From the NCBI GenBank assembly GCA_964016885.1, contig OZ024741.1:158906001-158970000 (forward strand): a DNA stretch of 64,000 nucleotides, read 5' to 3'. The position numbers and the translations under genes were made by a program. Shown here one piece after another: positions 59,816 to 64,000 of the stretch (positions are counted from its first letter, which is position 1; each line of letters begins with the position of its first letter). Source of the stretch: Eledone cirrhosa (taxonomy: Eukaryota). The notes beneath the pieces were generated by a model, which had not been told where the DNA came from, ran no database searches, and saw only the letters and a program-made list of their open reading frames with translations.

Positions 59816-62072
59816 TTATATATATATAATTATGTATTTAGTTCATTATAGAGTATACAGTACCAATTTATCTGGTAGCCACGACTGTACAGAAACCAGA
59901 TATTGAAGACAATTGTGGCCTTATGAAGTTTGTTCTCTTAGTACCTGCATAGTAGTTGGTGGATTTTAATTTTTTATTATATGTAATTGGTTAATTGCAT
60001 TTTGTGATATGTGTTTTTGACTAGTTTATGTTTGTTGCATTTTGTAGTTGGGTAGGGTTTCATAAAGAAAAAGTATGTATATTGATACATACTATATGAA
60101 CTAAGATCCCATTGAAAGGTCTCTGGTACAAAGTGTCTTGGGGGGGGGGGGGTAATTTTAATTTTATTTAACAGGATATTTATATTTTGCATGATGTGTT
60201 TTAGGCTTGTATTTTGTTGGGTAGAATTGTTGGGTAATGAACAGTTGTATATATATATATCATTATCTTCGTCATTTAATGTCTATTTTCCACGCTAGGA
60301 TAGGTTAGATGAGGCAAATTAGATCAGGTCACCATGTCTTGTTCATGCAGAACTGTTTCTGGCTTGATTTCTATGGTTGGACGCCCTTCCTAACACTAAC
60401 CACATTTGCAGTGTGGAATGAGTGAATTTTTGTCATGACACCAACACAACTATTTTACAATGTGGGCTAGGTGCTTTTGGGGGAGTGGGGGATACCAACA
60501 CAACTAGTTTACAGTTTTGACTGGACGCTTTTTGGTGTGGCACTAAAATGACCATTTTACAGTGTTGACTGTCGCTGGGGTGGAGCGGTGTAAAGATGTG
60601 AGAGAAGGGTAAGGTGTTATGACGTGGGTGGAGTGTTAAGGCATAGAAGGTGTATAGGAGAGGAGAATAGGGGTTAAGTGGTGCACACTAGAATGTATGC
60701 TTCGACCCATGCACATGGGAAGGCAAGTCTACTTAGTGACAAAAGTTTATAATAAGACTAAGAATTTTAGCTTTAAGGTAGCTTGGATGCCCTTTGCATC
60801 TAACTGTACATCAATATCTTTAGGATACAGTGTGTTCTCCAGTCCAGTTATATGTTATGGTAGGATAAGTAGCCAGATGAATGTTTTTACAGAAGAAGTG
60901 AAATAACTATAAATCCTATTCAAACATATGGTCAGACAGGGATATGAAGAAAAATTTCTGATACAGCATTTTCATCAGTGCCTTGGTGTTGAAAGCGAGA
61001 TTCTAAGAAAATTCAGGGTTATTTCAAGTTTGCAGATGAAAAGGGTAGGGCTATGAAATCAATTTTATTTACATTGCAGTAATAGAAATTTAGTGTATTT
61101 AAGGGAGATTGTAAGAAAACTCTGCTGCTGACCAATAGAGGAAATTTAGCATTTTTGAAGTAATAAATTTAAAGGGATTCATTCTGCTGATTTTGGCCAA
61201 TGTTTGACCAAAATGACATGAGTGAAGTTAATGATAGAGCTAAGGAGTAGGGAATGACAACGTCATTGTTTTCTTTCTTTCTTGTTTCTTCCTTTTTATT
61301 TATTTCCTTTCTTTGTATTAGTCAAACGGTTAGACACGTTTTTAAGAGTTGGGTGTTATTCTAGTAGTTTTGATTTTGTTAAATAATTGTGCAAATTTCT
61401 GTTTGCATATTTGATCGTATTTGTACATGTATGTTTGTATATATATGATTTAATCTTAATTATGTTTTAAATTTGTGTGTGTATATTTATATTTATAAGT
61501 ATGTAAGTAATGACTTTGAAGTTTATGATTTTTGTGTCACCTTTTGATATTGTATTTATGTGATATTCATCTTTGGCTCATTTTGCTTATTTCTTTCATG
61601 GCTTGGGTGATGTTTATTATTATTTTATGTTGTGTTGTATGAACTAGACTTTCTGATGTATGGTATCATGTCTTCTTGGTGGATAGTTTGGGGGTTTAAA
61701 GTTGAGAGACGGGGGGGGGGAGAAGGTGGTGTATGGCTTGTTGCATAGTCATAGTCACTGCAGATAATAATAGCTTTATTATATAGAAATTATGTAATAT
61801 GACAGCTGTAGCTTGATAACACCTGTCTTCCTCATTTGGTGGCTGTTGTGGTCCTGTTCAGTTTGTGGAGTTTGGGAAGGTGGAATGCCTGTGTTCAATT
61901 TGCTGAATTTGGAAGGTGGGTTGAAGGCTGGTTTAGCAGGAGTCATGAGTGCAGGTTGGCATTCAGTTTAAGATGTTTACTCAGTGTTTAGTATACTGAT
62001 TGGAGCAATAACAGTCTTATTTACGTGCTATTATATATATATGTTTCTGTTATTTTCAATAAATTATCTTTT

Positions 62073-62310
62073 TAACCCTTTTCCTACCATATTTATAATA
62101 ATTTTCAATAAGATTTAGAAATAACCAAGAGTTTGGGTTGATTTAGTAAAATAACTAACTTTATTATTATTTGAAGCATAGCTTAACAAATGTTCTTATA
62201 TAATATTCTGATGGAAGGTTTTTAGACAAATATAAACATTTTAAAATAAACAGTTTTGTATTGAAGAATTAGGGGTAGTTTCAGGTAGTTTGATATAAAA
62301 AGAGACAAAT
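62073..62310. mobile_element. Decayed second TTAA-type MITE family
   Basis: Starts ttaaccctttt.c.taccatattt; similar to about 31657-31815 and to the reverse complement of about 23790-24200. Confidence 0.5.
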
Positions 62311-63281
62311 AAAATTTGACTATTCTCCTGTGACATTCTTTCTAGATTCATCAGTGTATCTCCAATTGTCTAACTCCATTAATACATTTTATTGTCTTCT
62401 GACACCATGTCACCATAATTTGGGAATTTCTATTTTGTTATTTTTGCACGCCCCCCTCCCATCACTGCCAAGAACCAATCAGTCCTTGAGGGTGCCTGAT
62501 TATTCCAGTGCTTTATCCTCACTACCAGCAGCAGCAATGTTGAGAGTGTTGGCTTGCCTAAAAGATTATTAGGGCACAACTCCATCGCACCTTGTGGCAT
62601 GTGTTTGAGTGTATGGGTCTTCTTCCTGTCCTTTTTTTCTTCTTTTATAATTTTTCCTCTATTTTTTCTTTTAGTACACAGCATTTGCTTGTTGAATAAA
62701 AGTCCTATTAAACCAAGTTCTTCATTATTATAAATTGGTTCTAAAGATTTTTAGGGGACAACACCAGCGCACCCTGCTCTAATGTCTAATTCATAGAGTG
62801 TACATGTCTTTCTTTTTCAGAATTAATAACTTATTTATTAAGAATGTAATTTGCAAAAGTAAATAGACAATAACAATTCCAATAAAATTATGTGATATTG
62901 ATGATTTACAAAAGGAATGAATCAATAGCAATAATAAAAAGCCCAGAGAAGACATACACACTCAATTACATGCTATAACAGGACAACCCGTCTAACCCAT
63001 GCTAGCATGGAAAAATGGACGTAAAATGGTGATGATGATGATGATGATGATGAACAGGGATCTGTTTGATGAATTGAAAACATTAAGAAAACACTGTTAG
63101 ACAAACACTAATAAATGCTGAAAAAATATTTCTTGTATCTTCTCAGTCCCATTAGTATCCAATCTTTGTGATGTTAAGACGCTATAGTACTCTCTCAAGG
63201 TTATTGTCCATTCATTAATTCATATATTATTATTATGTTTGTGTGCATGTGTGTAAGTAAGTACAATGACCTCCACCATCC

Positions 63282-63464
63282 CTACCTCAAATATATATGC
63301 CTGGACAATGTCGGAGAAGAGCTCTCTGATGTGCAGAACCCCAGGTGCATACTGCTCCCAGTAGACAGAATAGAGAGAGCATTACCCCGGAGCATAGTGA
63401 GGGAGACGTGTTTAAATAGCCATTCCAAATCATGGGGCTCACTCCAGCAGGTGGCTAACTCCAT
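63282..63464 (-). mobile_element. CRE-like (RLE-type) non-LTR retrotransposon extreme C-terminus
   Basis: EPHDLEWLFKHVSLTMLRGNALSIL resembles the WL.QR.SL...RGNA..IL C-terminal motif of CRE-clade elements (from recall). Confidence 0.55.
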
Positions 63465-63659
63465 CTTACAATATCAATAATGGTTTAGGATTTAGGCATA
63501 AGGCCAGAAATTTAGAGGAAGGGGAAAGTTTATTATTTCAACCCCAGTGTTTGACTTGTACTTTATTTTATCAACCTCGGAAAGATGAAAAACAAAGTTT
63601 CACAATACAAAGTGATGGAAGTTTCCGGTGTTCTTTGTTTCAACCCCATACCACTCCCC

Positions 63660-63850
63660 TACTCCATGTTATCAGAGTGAAGTTGGTCATCCACAGAGGT
63701 GAACCCTCTGAGTTAGAATGGTTAATTCAGTGCATCTCCTTTGTTATGCTCTGGAGCAATGCTTTCTCCATTCTCTCTGCTGAGACCATGAGACAGCTTA
63801 CACCAGAGAGCATTCTCCCACACTACCCAGGCATTGGAACAGAGATGATA
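63660..63850 (+). mobile_element. Second, inverted copy of the CRE-like C-terminal fragment
   Basis: GEPSELEWLIQCISFVMLWSNAFSILSA aligns with the minus-strand peptide at 63464-63282. Confidence 0.5.
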
Positions 63851-64000
63851 GAGTATTCTTTCTCATATTTTTGTTGTGTTCTTACACAATAGGCAAATTG
63901 ATCAAACCGTTTTACACCACCCTGTACATATGTACATATAAACTGATAGCCATGTATAGTAACATGTGCTCCATACACACAAGAAGACAAGAGTAGAGTT

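Overview
Repeat-rich animal genomic DNA. It is probably a coleoid cephalopod such as Octopus, inferred only from the microsatellite density and the SINE/RTE complement. Almost all ORFs in the supplied track are microsatellite or satellite artefacts. One real gene is visible: a minus-strand, multi-exon Dbl-family RhoGEF of the MCF2L/DBS type. Nine GT-AG exons from 42514 to 28149 splice in frame into a DH-PH module. A phase-compatible exon follows at 24949-24862, a probable upstream exon lies at 55724-55692, and a candidate 5-nt micro-exon lies at 16179-16175. The first 16.1 kb is a single G-rich satellite (33-bp main unit) with higher-order block duplications. The introns carry RTE-, CR1-, Tx1- and CRE-like LINE fragments, tRNA-derived SINEs, TTAA (piggyBac-type) and TA (Tc1/mariner-type) MITEs, and a decayed DD37D (maT) transposon. 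The most unusual signal is a set of five sequence-unrelated fold-back elements, each at or near a (TA)n tract. They carry complete or partial minimal type I hammerhead ribozyme motifs that always point outward, as expected for Penelope-like/retrozyme-type insertions. The best one (44258-45180) has an intact hammerhead in each arm, and one copy is sense to the GEF pre-mRNA. All structures were read by eye; none was computed or tested.
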